64,000 nucleotides of DNA, from IMG/VR virus record IMGVR_UViG_3300045988_090210; one strand, written 5' to 3'. Numbering within the stretch: the first letter of the stretch is position 1; each line of letters begins with the position of its first letter. A model generated the notes under the pieces. It did not search any database. It saw only the letters and a program-made list of their open reading frames with translations, and was not told where the DNA came from. Shown piece by piece: positions 25,303-35,908 of the stretch. A program made the position numbers and the translations under genes. This DNA is from a virus.

Positions 25303-25992
25303 CTTTCGATTAAAATTATGGTATAATACAATAAAAGAGGTTAATAAGTAATGGCCATTGCTTATTATTTAAGGAAGGTGCTTATCTCACCTTCCTACTC
25401 TTAATATTATTCTTAGATAAGGAGAATGTATATGGAAGAGATTTGGAAAGATGTTGTTGAATATGAAGGGTTGTATCAAGTCAGTAATTTAGGAAGAGTT
25501 AAAAGCCTACAAAGAATAGATTCTAATAATCACATTGTAAAAGAGAAAATTAAAAAGTTAAGCACAGACAAAGATGGTTATAAATGTGTATTTCTATCTA
25601 AAGGAAATAAAAATATACAATATAAAGTTCACCGTCTTGTTGCTTTTGCGTTTATCCCTAATCCGGACAATCTCCCTCAGGTAGGGCACAAGGATGAGAG
25701 CAGAGATAATAATATAGTCACAAATTTAGAATGGACTAATTCTAAAGAAAATAATAATATGCCTTTAAGGATTGCAAGAAGCATACAATCTCATAAAGGC
25801 CAAAATAAATACGGAGACAACCCAAGAGCTATTAAAGTTGAATGCGATAATATTGTTTTTGATTGTATTAAACGTTGTGCTGAATACTACAAAGTAAACG
25901 ATAGAACAATGCAACAATGGTTATCAGGAATAAATCCAATGCCACAGTTTTTTCAAGAGAAAGGATTAAAGTATGCTTTGTATAGGGAGTAA
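25303..25992 (+). mobile_element. HNH homing-endonuclease gene cassette inserted within the cysteine desulfurase gene
   Basis: It has its own promoter (TTGACT at 25300-25305 ... TGgTATAAT), two hairpins and an HNH ORF. The ORF's 3' end overlaps the downstream desulfurase fragment. Confidence 0.6.
25432..25992 (+). CDS. HNH homing endonuclease with an N-terminal NUMOD4-like motif
   Basis: EIWKDVVEYEGLYQVSNLGRVKS, then YKVHRLVAFAFIPN ... VGHKDESRDNN ... NLEWTNSKEN. Confidence 0.8.
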   Translation: MEEIWKDVVEYEGLYQVSNLGRVKSLQRIDSNNHIVKEKIKKLSTDKDGYKCVFLSKGNKNIQYKVHRLVAFAFIPNPDNLPQVGHKDESRDNNIVTNLEWTNSKENNNMPLRIARSIQSHKGQNKYGDNPRAIKVECDNIVFDCIKRCAEYYKVNDRTMQQWLSGINPMPQFFQEKGLKYALYRE

Positions 25993-26806
25993 TTACGAAC
26001 ATGATGCCATAGACCGATGGCTTGATATTCGTGTTTCAAATCTTGAAGAGCTTGAAAAGGCCCTTCAAGATAATCTTAATGATACCAAGTTTGTATTCTG
26101 GTTGGGTGTTTTAAACATTACAGGCGAAATTTTTCCTGTAAAAGATATTGGCCACCTATGCCATAAATATAACGCCTTCTATATTTGTGACGCAACGGCC
26201 CTTTTGGGTCATGCTGCTATCGAACCTAATATCGATGATTGGTGCGATTTTTTAGTTCTTGATGGTCACAAAGCCGGGACTGAACTTGGTATTGGTTGTT
26301 GTTGGGTATCAGATAGGTTAGACAAATGGCTCAATGGGTTCAAGTTACATGGCACACCTAATCTCGCTGGTGCATTAGCTATGACTCAAGCTGTTGAGGA
26401 TGCTTGCGACAGCCGTAAGCTCAGCCAAAATAGCGCTCATTATGGGGAGCTGTTAGACTATTTGATTGATGGTTTGATTAAAAAGGATATTGATTTTCAA
26501 CTTGTTCCCGAATATGAAGAAAATGAACCTCCCAATAAGTTCGTTTTAGCAATCAACGCCATTCGTCTGCCCGGAATTAATGCCGATTCCCTCCAACAGT
26601 ATCTTGCATCTCAACAAATTTATGTATCTATTGGCGGCTCTGCTTGCGCTGAGAAACATGATTATCGAGTGCTAAATGCTTATGGGCTGAATAATGATGA
26701 GGCCAGTGAGGTTATTAGAGTTAGTTTTGGTGAGGATAGTAGTATTGAGGATGTTAAGGCATTGGTTGAAGGAATTAAGGAATTTCAAGATACTTATGTA
26801 AAGTGA
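25973..26806 (+). CDS. Class V aminotransferase / cysteine desulfurase, C-terminal fragment
   Basis: SNYEHDAI (the EH region), ICDATALLGH and LDGHKAGTELGIG (PLP-lysine region). The ATG at 25973 has only a weak ribosome-binding site. Confidence 0.65.
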   Translation: MLCIGSNYEHDAIDRWLDIRVSNLEELEKALQDNLNDTKFVFWLGVLNITGEIFPVKDIGHLCHKYNAFYICDATALLGHAAIEPNIDDWCDFLVLDGHKAGTELGIGCCWVSDRLDKWLNGFKLHGTPNLAGALAMTQAVEDACDSRKLSQNSAHYGELLDYLIDGLIKKDIDFQLVPEYEENEPPNKFVLAINAIRLPGINADSLQQYLASQQIYVSIGGSACAEKHDYRVLNAYGLNNDEASEVIRVSFGEDSSIEDVKALVEGIKEFQDTYVK

Positions 26807-26816
26807 GGTAAGAATA

Positions 26817-27908
26817 GTGGCCAAAGTGGACGTTAAAAAATTAAAGAAAATGCTCACTTTAAGCCACTATGACACCATCCTTCGTGAGCTTGGCATCCCT
26901 ATCTTTAGCAAGAGCAATACAGAATGGCGTTGTTGGACAGGAGATAAGAACAAAGACCCATATCAAGGTAGCCCAGCCCTTGTCTTTTATACCGATACCA
27001 AGATATTTTTCGGCATGACTATGGGGCGTTCATATGATTGCATCTCTCTTGTCCAAACACGTCTAAATCTGCTTGGCCAAACTTGCTCATTCCTTGATGC
27101 TTGCAACTGGATTCTTGAGAAAACTAGTATTGACCCAACCAAGATAACCAAGCCCTTTACAAACAACCATGTTTATGATTGGTCTGAACTTGAACGGTTT
27201 GTTAGAGTAAGAAAGTATGGTAATCAATTACCAGAATACAATCGCAACATCATTGACACTTTACCCCCATTATACCCACAAGCATGGATAGATGAGGGTA
27301 TAAGCGAAGAAACAATGGCCAAATATCAGATACGATATTATGAGCGTTGTAACCAAACTGTGATACCATGCTTTGATGATGAGGCAAGGTTGATTGGGGT
27401 TAGAGTTAGAAACTGGGACAAGGATAGGGTTGAACAGGCCAAGTATATGCCGTTGATTACATTAGACGGCCAATGTTATAAGTTCAATACCAATCAAGTG
27501 TTTTATGGAATTAACTATAATAAGCCTATGATTGAACAAACTGGTGAAGTTTGGTTGGGTGAATCAGAAAAGTTCACGATGAAACTCGATACATGGTTCG
27601 GCCCTAAGTCCTGTGCTCTTGCTATGTATGGTCATCAACTTGGTATGCAACGTAGAAACCAATTAATCAAAATGGGCGTTAAACGAGTGGTGTACTGTCC
27701 TGACATGGACTTTATTGGGCAAGACGATGCTTTTTTTGAGGAGTGGTGTAAGTCTGTAAGACGGCTATGCGATATGTTCAAAGGATATTGTCAGGTTGAT
27801 ATAGTATGGGATGACAGCGGTGAGTTGTTAGGGCCAAAGGAAAACGCAACAGACAGAGACAAAGAAACATGGGATAAATTGTGGGAGAGCAGAGAGAGGT
27901 ATTTATGA
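26817..27908 (+). CDS. DnaG-like primase (TOPRIM) with a degenerate zinc-finger region
   Basis: TOPRIM-like GESEKF ... YCPDMDFIGQDDA. In the N-terminal region the CHC2 cysteines are mostly replaced. Confidence 0.6.
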   Translation: MAKVDVKKLKKMLTLSHYDTILRELGIPIFSKSNTEWRCWTGDKNKDPYQGSPALVFYTDTKIFFGMTMGRSYDCISLVQTRLNLLGQTCSFLDACNWILEKTSIDPTKITKPFTNNHVYDWSELERFVRVRKYGNQLPEYNRNIIDTLPPLYPQAWIDEGISEETMAKYQIRYYERCNQTVIPCFDDEARLIGVRVRNWDKDRVEQAKYMPLITLDGQCYKFNTNQVFYGINYNKPMIEQTGEVWLGESEKFTMKLDTWFGPKSCALAMYGHQLGMQRRNQLIKMGVKRVVYCPDMDFIGQDDAFFEEWCKSVRRLCDMFKGYCQVDIVWDDSGELLGPKENATDRDKETWDKLWESRERYL

Positions 27909-28210
27909 AAATGTTTTTATTAGGCTTTTTGGCATGTTATATTATTGCTTCTTTGTTAATTTATAATGACAATGACGAATGGCTTGATAGATTTATCACC
28001 CCATTCTGTGCGGTTGGTATTGTTGTTTTAATTATCCCTTCTTTTATTTGGCGATTTGTGCGACTTTGTTTTGTGCCAGTAAGACCGGATGTTATGGATT
28101 ACTTAAAAGATGCTTATATTAAACGTCTATTTGGTAATATTTATTTTTGCCATGATGAAAAAGCTAAGAATTGGTTTAATAAAATTTTTTTGTTTAGATA
28201 TAAAAATTAA
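27905..28210 (+). CDS. Membrane protein
   Basis: Two hydrophobic segments. ATG at 27905 overlaps the primase stop. Confidence 0.45.
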   Translation: MKMFLLGFLACYIIASLLIYNDNDEWLDRFITPFCAVGIVVLIIPSFIWRFVRLCFVPVRPDVMDYLKDAYIKRLFGNIYFCHDEKAKNWFNKIFLFRYKN

Positions 28211-28219
28211 AAATAGCCC

Positions 28220-28248
28220 TTGACAAAAGCCTTTTGGTGTGGTATTAT
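28220..28248 (+). promoter_or_regulatory. Sigma-A promoter nested in an 8-bp inverted repeat
   Basis: TTGACA at 28220-28225, 17 nt, TGgTATTAT ending at 28248. AAAGCCTT at 28226-28233 pairs with AAGGCTTT at 28260-28267. Confidence 0.55.
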
Positions 28249-28290
28249 CATTACATCACAAGGCTTTGCCTATTATGAGGAGGTTTGTAT

Positions 28291-28722
28291 ATGTACGAAC
28301 AATATACTGATAAGCAGATTGTTGAAATGCTAAAGCCAAAGTTGGCAAAGTTAGGTTGGGGCAAGGACGTTGATAATATTTATTATTATTTTCCAGAGAC
28401 TTGCAAAATGATTGCTACTATCTACCGTTCAGCCTACATTCGTGGCCAGCTTGGTCGGAGTTTTATTATTGGTGAATCTAAGCGGACTGAACATTGGGTT
28501 CCTGCGACCAGAGACAATGTTAAGGTTGATCGTCAGGTTAAAATGATTGATGAAGAAAGTCATAGAAGCAATCCTTGGTTTTTTCCTGATGTTGGAACGG
28601 TGGGTATTGTAACTGAACTTAGTTATAATAAGTGTAAAATTCAATGGCCAAAAGACATTACTATCAAACCTAGTAGATGGTGGTGCAATTACGAACGCCT
28701 TGAGGTGCTACTATGCGAGTAA
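28291..28722 (+). CDS. Hypothetical protein
   Basis: ATG at 28291 lies 7 nt after GAGGAGG. Confidence 0.5.
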   Translation: MYEQYTDKQIVEMLKPKLAKLGWGKDVDNIYYYFPETCKMIATIYRSAYIRGQLGRSFIIGESKRTEHWVPATRDNVKVDRQVKMIDEESHRSNPWFFPDVGTVGIVTELSYNKCKIQWPKDITIKPSRWWCNYERLEVLLCE

Positions 28723-30353
28723 AACCACTACTATCTAAAATCAACCCCTCTACGTTTATTGAGGATTATCTACAAGCTCACGGTATCGAGCAAACTAACT
28801 TATACCTAAATCCAGAAGAAGGATGTTTAGACAATCCTCGATTTTATCCTAACATGGACAAAGGAACTGAATTGCTGAAGCAAGCAGTTGATGATGACTG
28901 GTCTATCGGCCTATTGGTTGATGTTGATTGTGACGGTATGTGTTCTGCGACCATTGTTCGTCAGTTCCTTAACACTCAATATAACATTGACCCTGTTATC
29001 TATATTCGCAAGGGCAAGGCCCATGGCCTAAGAAAGTCGGCCTCAGATGATATTGTGCCGAAGATTATTGAGGATGGCTGCCAACTGCTGATTATGCCAG
29101 ATGCCGGGTCGAATGACGTTGATGAATGTCAAGAGTTGTTAATGCACAGATGTCATACCTTGGTTTTAGACCATCACAAGATTGAGGTTGGCAATCCTTG
29201 GGCTGTTGTCATTAATCATCATTTGGGCGAAGGGCTGAACACGGCTCTATCTGGTACTGGTGTAACGGCTAAGTTTATTGAGTATTACTGTCAGAAATAT
29301 GGCTTGTTTATCCCCTATGTAGATGATCTTGTGGCCATGTCTATTATCTCTGATAGCTGTGACCTAACGGCCTTAGAGAACAGATATTATGTCCATAACG
29401 GCCTACACAACGTCCAAAACCCCCTAATTCAAGCCATGTTGCCTTCAGCAGTCAAGCATTACGGCCTAACGCCCACTGGCTATAGTTGGGCTATGATTCC
29501 ACTAATCAATGCTGTATGCCGCAAGGAAGAGACAGATGAAAAGCATGAATTGTTTGACGCTTTTAGTGGACATGGTGATATTGAGTCTACCTTAAAAATG
29601 TGCCGTTCAGCACATCGCCTACAGACAGAGACAGTAAAACAAGCTGTAGAGGAAGTTGAGCCTACTCTTGACCTTGACCATAAGGTGATTATTGGGTTCT
29701 GTGACAGCGGGTTAGCTAATCAAATCGGCCTGATTGCTAATAAGTTTCAAGGCAAGTACAACAAGCCCACTATTCTACTACGCCAAGCAAGCTCTACAAC
29801 ATGGTCTGGCAGTCTAAGAAGCCCTGTAGATTTGACTGATGTGGTTAATGAGTCTGGTTTGGCTAAGGCTATGGGTCACAATCAAGCTGCTGGCGTGTTG
29901 GTTCGTAAGTCTAATCTTAACCGCCTGATTGCTTATCTTGATGAGGCTGATTTTCCGCTTGAGCCTGAGATTGATGTGGCTGGGTATATTGCTCCTGAGC
30001 AAATCAATAACAAGCTCTGTAAGGCTTGCGAGGATAATGCAGAGCTGTGGGGGCAGGGGGTTAGAGAACCCACCTTCTACATCAACACCGAGATTGACGA
30101 GACTAACGTACAGGTCTTTGAAAAGCGCACTACAACAGTAAAAATTACAGTAAATGGCGTTGATTTTCTGTTGTTTATGGCTACCCCTGAGCAAGTAGAC
30201 AAGTTGACACAAAAGGGCAAAAAAAACCTATCTTTGATTGTAACTTTATCTACAAATGAATGGAATGGCGTGGTCAAGCCTCAAGGCAAGATTAAGCAGT
30301 TTGAGGTTGATAGATTTGAAGATAAGGATGAAAGTTGGGAGGATGATTTTTGA
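28713..30353 (+). CDS. RecJ-like DHH-family single-strand exonuclease (YorK-like)
   Basis: DHH motifs LLVDVDCDGMCS, MPDAGSND and LVLDHHK, followed by a DHHA1-like GHNQAAG. Confidence 0.8.
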   Translation: MRVKPLLSKINPSTFIEDYLQAHGIEQTNLYLNPEEGCLDNPRFYPNMDKGTELLKQAVDDDWSIGLLVDVDCDGMCSATIVRQFLNTQYNIDPVIYIRKGKAHGLRKSASDDIVPKIIEDGCQLLIMPDAGSNDVDECQELLMHRCHTLVLDHHKIEVGNPWAVVINHHLGEGLNTALSGTGVTAKFIEYYCQKYGLFIPYVDDLVAMSIISDSCDLTALENRYYVHNGLHNVQNPLIQAMLPSAVKHYGLTPTGYSWAMIPLINAVCRKEETDEKHELFDAFSGHGDIESTLKMCRSAHRLQTETVKQAVEEVEPTLDLDHKVIIGFCDSGLANQIGLIANKFQGKYNKPTILLRQASSTTWSGSLRSPVDLTDVVNESGLAKAMGHNQAAGVLVRKSNLNRLIAYLDEADFPLEPEIDVAGYIAPEQINNKLCKACEDNAELWGQGVREPTFYINTEIDETNVQVFEKRTTTVKITVNGVDFLLFMATPEQVDKLTQKGKKNLSLIVTLSTNEWNGVVKPQGKIKQFEVDRFEDKDESWEDDF

Positions 30354-30745
30354 TGAAGTATGAATTTCATGTAGGCGATTACGTTGAGACTAAAAACGAT
30401 GCCAGAGGATACGTTGGCGATGTAGATGAAATAATATGGCAATGTACCCAAAGTTCAAATGATTATATGTATGCCGCTGGGTATACTTATCACATCCCTG
30501 TAGAAGAGCTTAATGGTTGCTTCAACCGTATCGGCCAGTATGATTTCACTAAGAAGGATGAGGGTAAGATTGAGCCTTTGTGTGAAGAATATATCAAATT
30601 TTTCCCCATCTATAAAACAACTACTACTGGGAATGATTTGGAATGGTGTGGTATTGACATTGGTGTTGTGGGCAAGAAAATCAACGAGCTTGTCGAGGCC
30701 GTAAATCGTTTGGAGGAGAAAGCTAATGAAATGGCACAAAGTTGA
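30350..30745 (+). CDS. Hypothetical protein
   Basis: Coupled start (TGATG overlap). Confidence 0.5.
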   Translation: MMKYEFHVGDYVETKNDARGYVGDVDEIIWQCTQSSNDYMYAAGYTYHIPVEELNGCFNRIGQYDFTKKDEGKIEPLCEEYIKFFPIYKTTTTGNDLEWCGIDIGVVGKKINELVEAVNRLEEKANEMAQS

Positions 30746-30808
30746 GGATTATACGGTCGGGTTTAACTACTGATTAGTTCATTAATAAAATAAAAGGAGA
30801 AATAAATA

Positions 30809-31126
30809 ATGATTTTTAGACTTCCTACCTTACAGGATACCGAATTCTTGATGAATTCTAATGATTACAAAGATAGATTTGTAGCAGAGTATTGGCAGAC
30901 TGAAATTCGCTATGCAAAGTTACATGAAATGACAGTGAAATATCAGGCTAACAAGCTTGATTTTACTCCTAATTGTCCTTTAGATGTACTTCTAAAGCAG
31001 AAAGTTGCCATGGGACAGTATCTTAATATGCTGGAAATTCGTGCTGAGATTGAGGGTATTAACCTACTAATGGATAATTATTTTACTGTACAAACAAATG
31101 CTACAGCTAAATATAAGGAGGATTAA
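30809..31126 (+). CDS. Hypothetical protein
   Basis: AAGGAG ribosome-binding site. Confidence 0.5.
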   Translation: MIFRLPTLQDTEFLMNSNDYKDRFVAEYWQTEIRYAKLHEMTVKYQANKLDFTPNCPLDVLLKQKVAMGQYLNMLEIRAEIEGINLLMDNYFTVQTNATAKYKED

Positions 31127-31194
31127 AAATAACAACTCTAATAGAACTCATTGAATGAAATAATGAATAGAGTCAAAAAAGGGCATAAAAATTA

Positions 31195-31255
31195 TTGACA
31201 ACCATAATTAAATATGTTACAATTAAACCGTGGAGAAATCTACGGTTTAATTTTT
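31195..31255 (+). promoter_or_regulatory. Promoter overlapping a terminator-like hairpin
   Basis: TTGACA at 31195-31200, 17 nt, TGtTACAAT ending at 31223. TTAAACCGT at 31223-31231 pairs with ACGGTTTAA at 31242-31250, followed by TTTTT. Confidence 0.55.
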
Positions 31256-31267
31256 AGGAGGGGTTGG

Positions 31268-32002
31268 ATGTACCAGCTTTATAATGGTGACTGTCTTGAA
31301 GTCATGAAGAATATTCCAGATAAATCAGTTGATATGATTTTATGCGATTTGCCTTATGGAATCACAGCCAGAAACAAATGGGATACGGTTCTTCCTTTAG
31401 ATACTTTGTGGGAGCAATATAATAGAATCATTAAAGAACACGGAATGATTATGTTATTTGCTGACGGCTTGTTTATGGCTGATTTAATGAACAGCAATAA
31501 GAAAATGTGGCGTTATAACCTAATTTGGCACAAAACCACTCCGACAGGATTTCTTAATGCTAATCGTATGCCATTAAAAGCACATGAAAATATATGTTGT
31601 TTTTATAAAAAATTACCAGTATACAATCCTCAAAAAACTACTGGACATCAAAGAAAAACAAGCACCGCAAATCAAAAACGAAACTGTGTTAAAACATTAA
31701 ATTATAATGAACATAATTTAACTACTTATGATAGTACAGAACGATTTCCTACAAGCGTATTAACGTTTTCAACTGATAAACAAAAATGCGCTTTACACCC
31801 TACGCAAAAACCAGTAGCCTTGCTTGAATGGTTAATTAAAACCTATACCAATGAAGGTGAAATTGTATTGGACAACTGTATGGGTTCAGGTAGTACAGGT
31901 GTTGCTTGTTTAAATACAAATAGGAATTTTATCGGTATTGAGTTAGACGAAGGGTATTTTAAGATTGCAGAGAAAAGGTTGAGAGAAATTGAGTTACTTT
32001 AA
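31268..32002 (+). CDS. DNA methyltransferase (N6A/N4C, beta class)
   Basis: SVDMILCDLPYG (DPPY-type motif IV) lies N-terminal to HPTQKP...VLDNCMGSGSTGVA (motif I). Confidence 0.85.
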   Translation: MYQLYNGDCLEVMKNIPDKSVDMILCDLPYGITARNKWDTVLPLDTLWEQYNRIIKEHGMIMLFADGLFMADLMNSNKKMWRYNLIWHKTTPTGFLNANRMPLKAHENICCFYKKLPVYNPQKTTGHQRKTSTANQKRNCVKTLNYNEHNLTTYDSTERFPTSVLTFSTDKQKCALHPTQKPVALLEWLIKTYTNEGEIVLDNCMGSGSTGVACLNTNRNFIGIELDEGYFKIAEKRLREIELL

Positions 32003-35000
32003 CAATCATAATCATACAGATATGAGTAATGCTTTACTTGGTTTTCCAGATGTTATTTGTAAAATTCCTGATTTAATTCAAAGAGCATATGATTTAGGTC
32101 TTAAGGGCATTTCAATTTCTGAACATGAAGGAATATCTAGTCATATTAAAGCTCTTGATTATTATGAAAAAATGGAAAAGACACGCCCATTTACGTTAGC
32201 TTTAGCGAATGAGATTTATTTGCTTACTGAGGAAGAAGATAACCTTAATCGCCAAATCCCTAATACCGTCCCTTACTATCACTTTATCTTAACCGCTCTT
32301 GATACTGAAGGCCACCATCAACTACGCCTACTCTCAACTCGTGCTTGGTTAAGGGGGTGGAGACAGGGTAAGATGTTCCGTAGGCCGACTTATTACTCTG
32401 ACCTTGAAGAAATTATTAAGCCTAATCAAGGCCATGTTATTGCCAGTACAGCTTGTTTAGGGTCGAGGATTGATAAGCTACTACTACAAGAATACAATGA
32501 TGGGCGTGGTATGGATACAGCGTTTGGCGAAGCCATGAGTTTACAAAACATCTTTGGCCAGGGCAATTTTTACCTTGAAGTTCAGCCCGCTAAAGACGCT
32601 AATTCTGACCAAAGCCATGTTAATACCTTAATGTGGGAACTTCATAAAAAAACTGGTGTACCCATCATCCCAACTACTGACTCGCATTATCTCCGCAAAG
32701 AGGACGCTTTTATCCATAAGGTTTATTTACAGTCACAAGAGGGCGATAGAGAGGTTGATGATTTCTATGCCACGGCTTATCTTATGGATGAGGCCGAATT
32801 AAGAGAGCATCTGTTGATTGATTTTAATGATGCTCAAATTGACCAGATGTTTGAATGGAGTTGTGAGTTGGGTGAAAGAATCAAGGGGTACAATATCCAG
32901 CACAATCCAATTATCCCGCAACTTCCGCTTGACAAGATACCAGACTTTACTATTAGTCATGTATTCAGTGATTATTATGATAAGTACCCAAACTTTGGTT
33001 GGTACTCTAATCGCCCTGAAATACACGAGCAATATTTCTTTAGTCAGATTGAACAGGGACTTCAAGATAAAATTGTAAACAAAGGCAAGCCCATTGAACA
33101 ATATATCGCTCGACTGGATGAAGAATGGAAAGAGCTAAAGATTATCAGTGAACAGCTTGATACGTCTATGGCCAGCTATTATTCAACTATGTCAGAGATT
33201 GTTGAGCTTATTTGGCAAGCTGGTAGTTTGGCTATGCCAGCGAGAGGTAGTGCAGCGGGGTTCTTAACGTGTTATCTGCTTGAGGTTACACAGATTGACC
33301 CTGTGCCGTTGGGTGATTATATGCCAAGTTGGAGACATTTGAATCATCAACGGGGCGTTGAGTTGCCCGACATCGACAATGACTCAGAAGCCTCAAAGAA
33401 AAAGGCCATAGTTGACAAGATGAAGGAATATTTTGGTGAAGATAAGGTTATCAACGTAGGCACATTCTCTAAAATTTCCTCTAAAACAGCCATTGAACGG
33501 GCTTGTAAGGGTCTTGATATACCAAATGATAAGGCGGCTTATTTTAAGTCTTTAATCCCTGTCAACCGTGGTAAGGTCAGCAAGCTAAAAGATGCTGTGT
33601 ATGGCAACAAAGACAAAGGTATCAACCCAGCACCCGGCCTCAAGTCCGAACTAAGCCAATACCCCCATTTGCTTGAGTCCGCATTAGCTCTTGAAGGGTT
33701 AATTACTAACCGTGGCACTCATGCGGCGGGTGTATTGGTATGTAACACCCCTTATACAGACTATATAGCCGCTATGCGTTCAGCGGATGGAACGTTAATC
33801 AGTTGCTATGACCTATGGGATGATGAGGTTGCTGGATGTATTAAGTTCGACATGCTCACGGTCGAAGCCGCAGATAAGATTCACCGTACAATGGATTATC
33901 TGCTTGAAAACGGCAAGATTAAGGACGAAGGGTCACTAAAAGAGACTTATTACAAATGGGTACATCCTGATGTATTAGACTATAAAACACCTGATATGTG
34001 GGATATTCTACCCACCATTTATTCCGTATTTCAGTTTGACACCCCAATCAGCACCAAAGCCCTGTCTGCTACCCATCCTCATAGTGTAATGGATTTGTCA
34101 GCCGCAAACAGCTTACTTCGTCTTATGCCAGACAATGCGGATGAAACACCTATTGACAGATATATCCGCTATAAACAGTCAAAAGATGCTTGGTTGAAAG
34201 ATACAACTGATTTTGGTTTGAACAAAGATGAACAAGCTATTCTATGGAAATATCTTGCAGACGCTTATGGTATGGCTGACAGCCAAGAAAAGGTGATGCG
34301 GTTGAGTATGGATGAACATACCGCTGGTTACACTCTTAAAGAGGCCAATAAACTCCGTAAATCTATTGCTAAGAAAGATGAAAAATTACAGGCCGAAGCC
34401 AAACAATTGTTCTTTGATTGTTGTGAATGCCAAGGTACAAGAGAAATCTTTGCTGATTATATCTGGAATGTAGTGTTTGCAGCCAGTATGGGCTACTCTT
34501 TCAGCCAATTACACTCTTATAGTTACTCTATCATCGCTCTACAAGAGCTTAATCTTAACTATTACTATCCTCGTGTTTATTGGAACTGTGCTTGTCTATC
34601 TGTAGAAGCATCTAGTACAGACGAAGAAAATACAGGCTCAACAGACTATGGTGAAATGGCTAAGGCTATCTACAAGATGAAAAAGTATGGAGTTGGGGTT
34701 CATGCGCCCTCTATCAACGACTCTAACATCGACTTTACCCCTCGTGAAAAAGACAGTGCTATCTTGTTTGGACTTGGCGGTATAGCTGGTATTAACATTG
34801 ATATTTCTCGCCAAATCCTCTCCAATCGTCCTTACACATCCTTTACTGACTTCTACAACAAAAATGCCTACAAAGGCTCACTTGTTACCAAATCTAAATT
34901 CATCCAACTAATCAAGGCTGGGTGTTTTGATGAGTTTGAGCCTGATAGACGTATTGTGATGAGACAATATTTTGTCTTATCCACACCCAATGTCACATCT

Positions 35001-35900
35001 CTTGCTATGAATAATATAGGCCAAATCAAGGCTGCAAGAGTGCCCATCCCCAAGTCTATCATTGGCCCATATAACTTTAGAAAGTATGTATGTAGCAGAC
35101 AGTTCAAGTTCGGCCCCCACCCCAAATTCAAGAGCAAGACCCTGTACTGGCTTGATGATATGGCACAGCGTTATTTTAACGCACGTTGTAAGAACAGCTT
35201 AGCCGAAGGCGTAGATTATTGGTTTGATAGTGATGCTGAAAATTGGGTTGTTGTCGATAAAAGCCTTGAAAAGTTACTTGCTCCGTCTATTGAAACGCTA
35301 AAAACCTATATCAATACACCTGAGTTCTTGGATAAGTTCAACAAGGCCAGAGCTAAACAAAGCATGATTGAGAGTGTAGATGGGTTGGATGTAAATAGGT
35401 GGTCTTTCCAGTCTTGTGCATTTTACAGCCAAGAGCATGAGCTTGCTAACGTTGACTTAACCAAATACAGTATTTCCCATTTTTCTGACTTACCTGAAGA
35501 ACCTCAGTTTGTTGAGCGTTCTTTTGGTAAGCGGTCTTGGAAACAATTTGAGCTGTCTGCTATCTGTGGGACGGTTATAGGACGAACGGATAGCCACCAT
35601 CTTGTTACTATCTTAACGCCTGATAATGAGGTTGTTAATGTTAAAATGAATGATGGGGCTTTTGCCCATTACAAAGCCCAACTAAGCACAATCAATCCAG
35701 ACGGTACTAAAACAGTCATTGAAAAATCTTGGCTTGAGCGTGGCAATTTATTGATTTGTTGCGGATACCGTAGAGGAACAGATGAATTTGTAACGAAAAA
35801 ATATAAAGCCAGCATTTTCCCATCCCAGCTTATGAAAATAACTAGTATTAATGGCTCAGACATTGAAATCCAAACTGAACGATATTCTGAAGGAAATTAA
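31989..35900 (+). CDS. DNA polymerase III alpha (DnaE-like, YorL-like) with an N-terminal PHP domain
   Basis: PHP motif FNNHNHTDMS and GSAAGFLTCYLLEVTQIDPV. It is 1303 aa with a TTG start. Confidence 0.85.
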   Translation: MSYFNNHNHTDMSNALLGFPDVICKIPDLIQRAYDLGLKGISISEHEGISSHIKALDYYEKMEKTRPFTLALANEIYLLTEEEDNLNRQIPNTVPYYHFILTALDTEGHHQLRLLSTRAWLRGWRQGKMFRRPTYYSDLEEIIKPNQGHVIASTACLGSRIDKLLLQEYNDGRGMDTAFGEAMSLQNIFGQGNFYLEVQPAKDANSDQSHVNTLMWELHKKTGVPIIPTTDSHYLRKEDAFIHKVYLQSQEGDREVDDFYATAYLMDEAELREHLLIDFNDAQIDQMFEWSCELGERIKGYNIQHNPIIPQLPLDKIPDFTISHVFSDYYDKYPNFGWYSNRPEIHEQYFFSQIEQGLQDKIVNKGKPIEQYIARLDEEWKELKIISEQLDTSMASYYSTMSEIVELIWQAGSLAMPARGSAAGFLTCYLLEVTQIDPVPLGDYMPSWRHLNHQRGVELPDIDNDSEASKKKAIVDKMKEYFGEDKVINVGTFSKISSKTAIERACKGLDIPNDKAAYFKSLIPVNRGKVSKLKDAVYGNKDKGINPAPGLKSELSQYPHLLESALALEGLITNRGTHAAGVLVCNTPYTDYIAAMRSADGTLISCYDLWDDEVAGCIKFDMLTVEAADKIHRTMDYLLENGKIKDEGSLKETYYKWVHPDVLDYKTPDMWDILPTIYSVFQFDTPISTKALSATHPHSVMDLSAANSLLRLMPDNADETPIDRYIRYKQSKDAWLKDTTDFGLNKDEQAILWKYLADAYGMADSQEKVMRLSMDEHTAGYTLKEANKLRKSIAKKDEKLQAEAKQLFFDCCECQGTREIFADYIWNVVFAASMGYSFSQLHSYSYSIIALQELNLNYYYPRVYWNCACLSVEASSTDEENTGSTDYGEMAKAIYKMKKYGVGVHAPSINDSNIDFTPREKDSAILFGLGGIAGINIDISRQILSNRPYTSFTDFYNKNAYKGSLVTKSKFIQLIKAGCFDEFEPDRRIVMRQYFVLSTPNVTSLAMNNIGQIKAARVPIPKSIIGPYNFRKYVCSRQFKFGPHPKFKSKTLYWLDDMAQRYFNARCKNSLAEGVDYWFDSDAENWVVVDKSLEKLLAPSIETLKTYINTPEFLDKFNKARAKQSMIESVDGLDVNRWSFQSCAFYSQEHELANVDLTKYSISHFSDLPEEPQFVERSFGKRSWKQFELSAICGTVIGRTDSHHLVTILTPDNEVVNVKMNDGAFAHYKAQLSTINPDGTKTVIEKSWLERGNLLICCGYRRGTDEFVTKKYKASIFPSQLMKITSINGSDIEIQTERYSEGN

Positions 35901-35908
35901 ATAATCCC

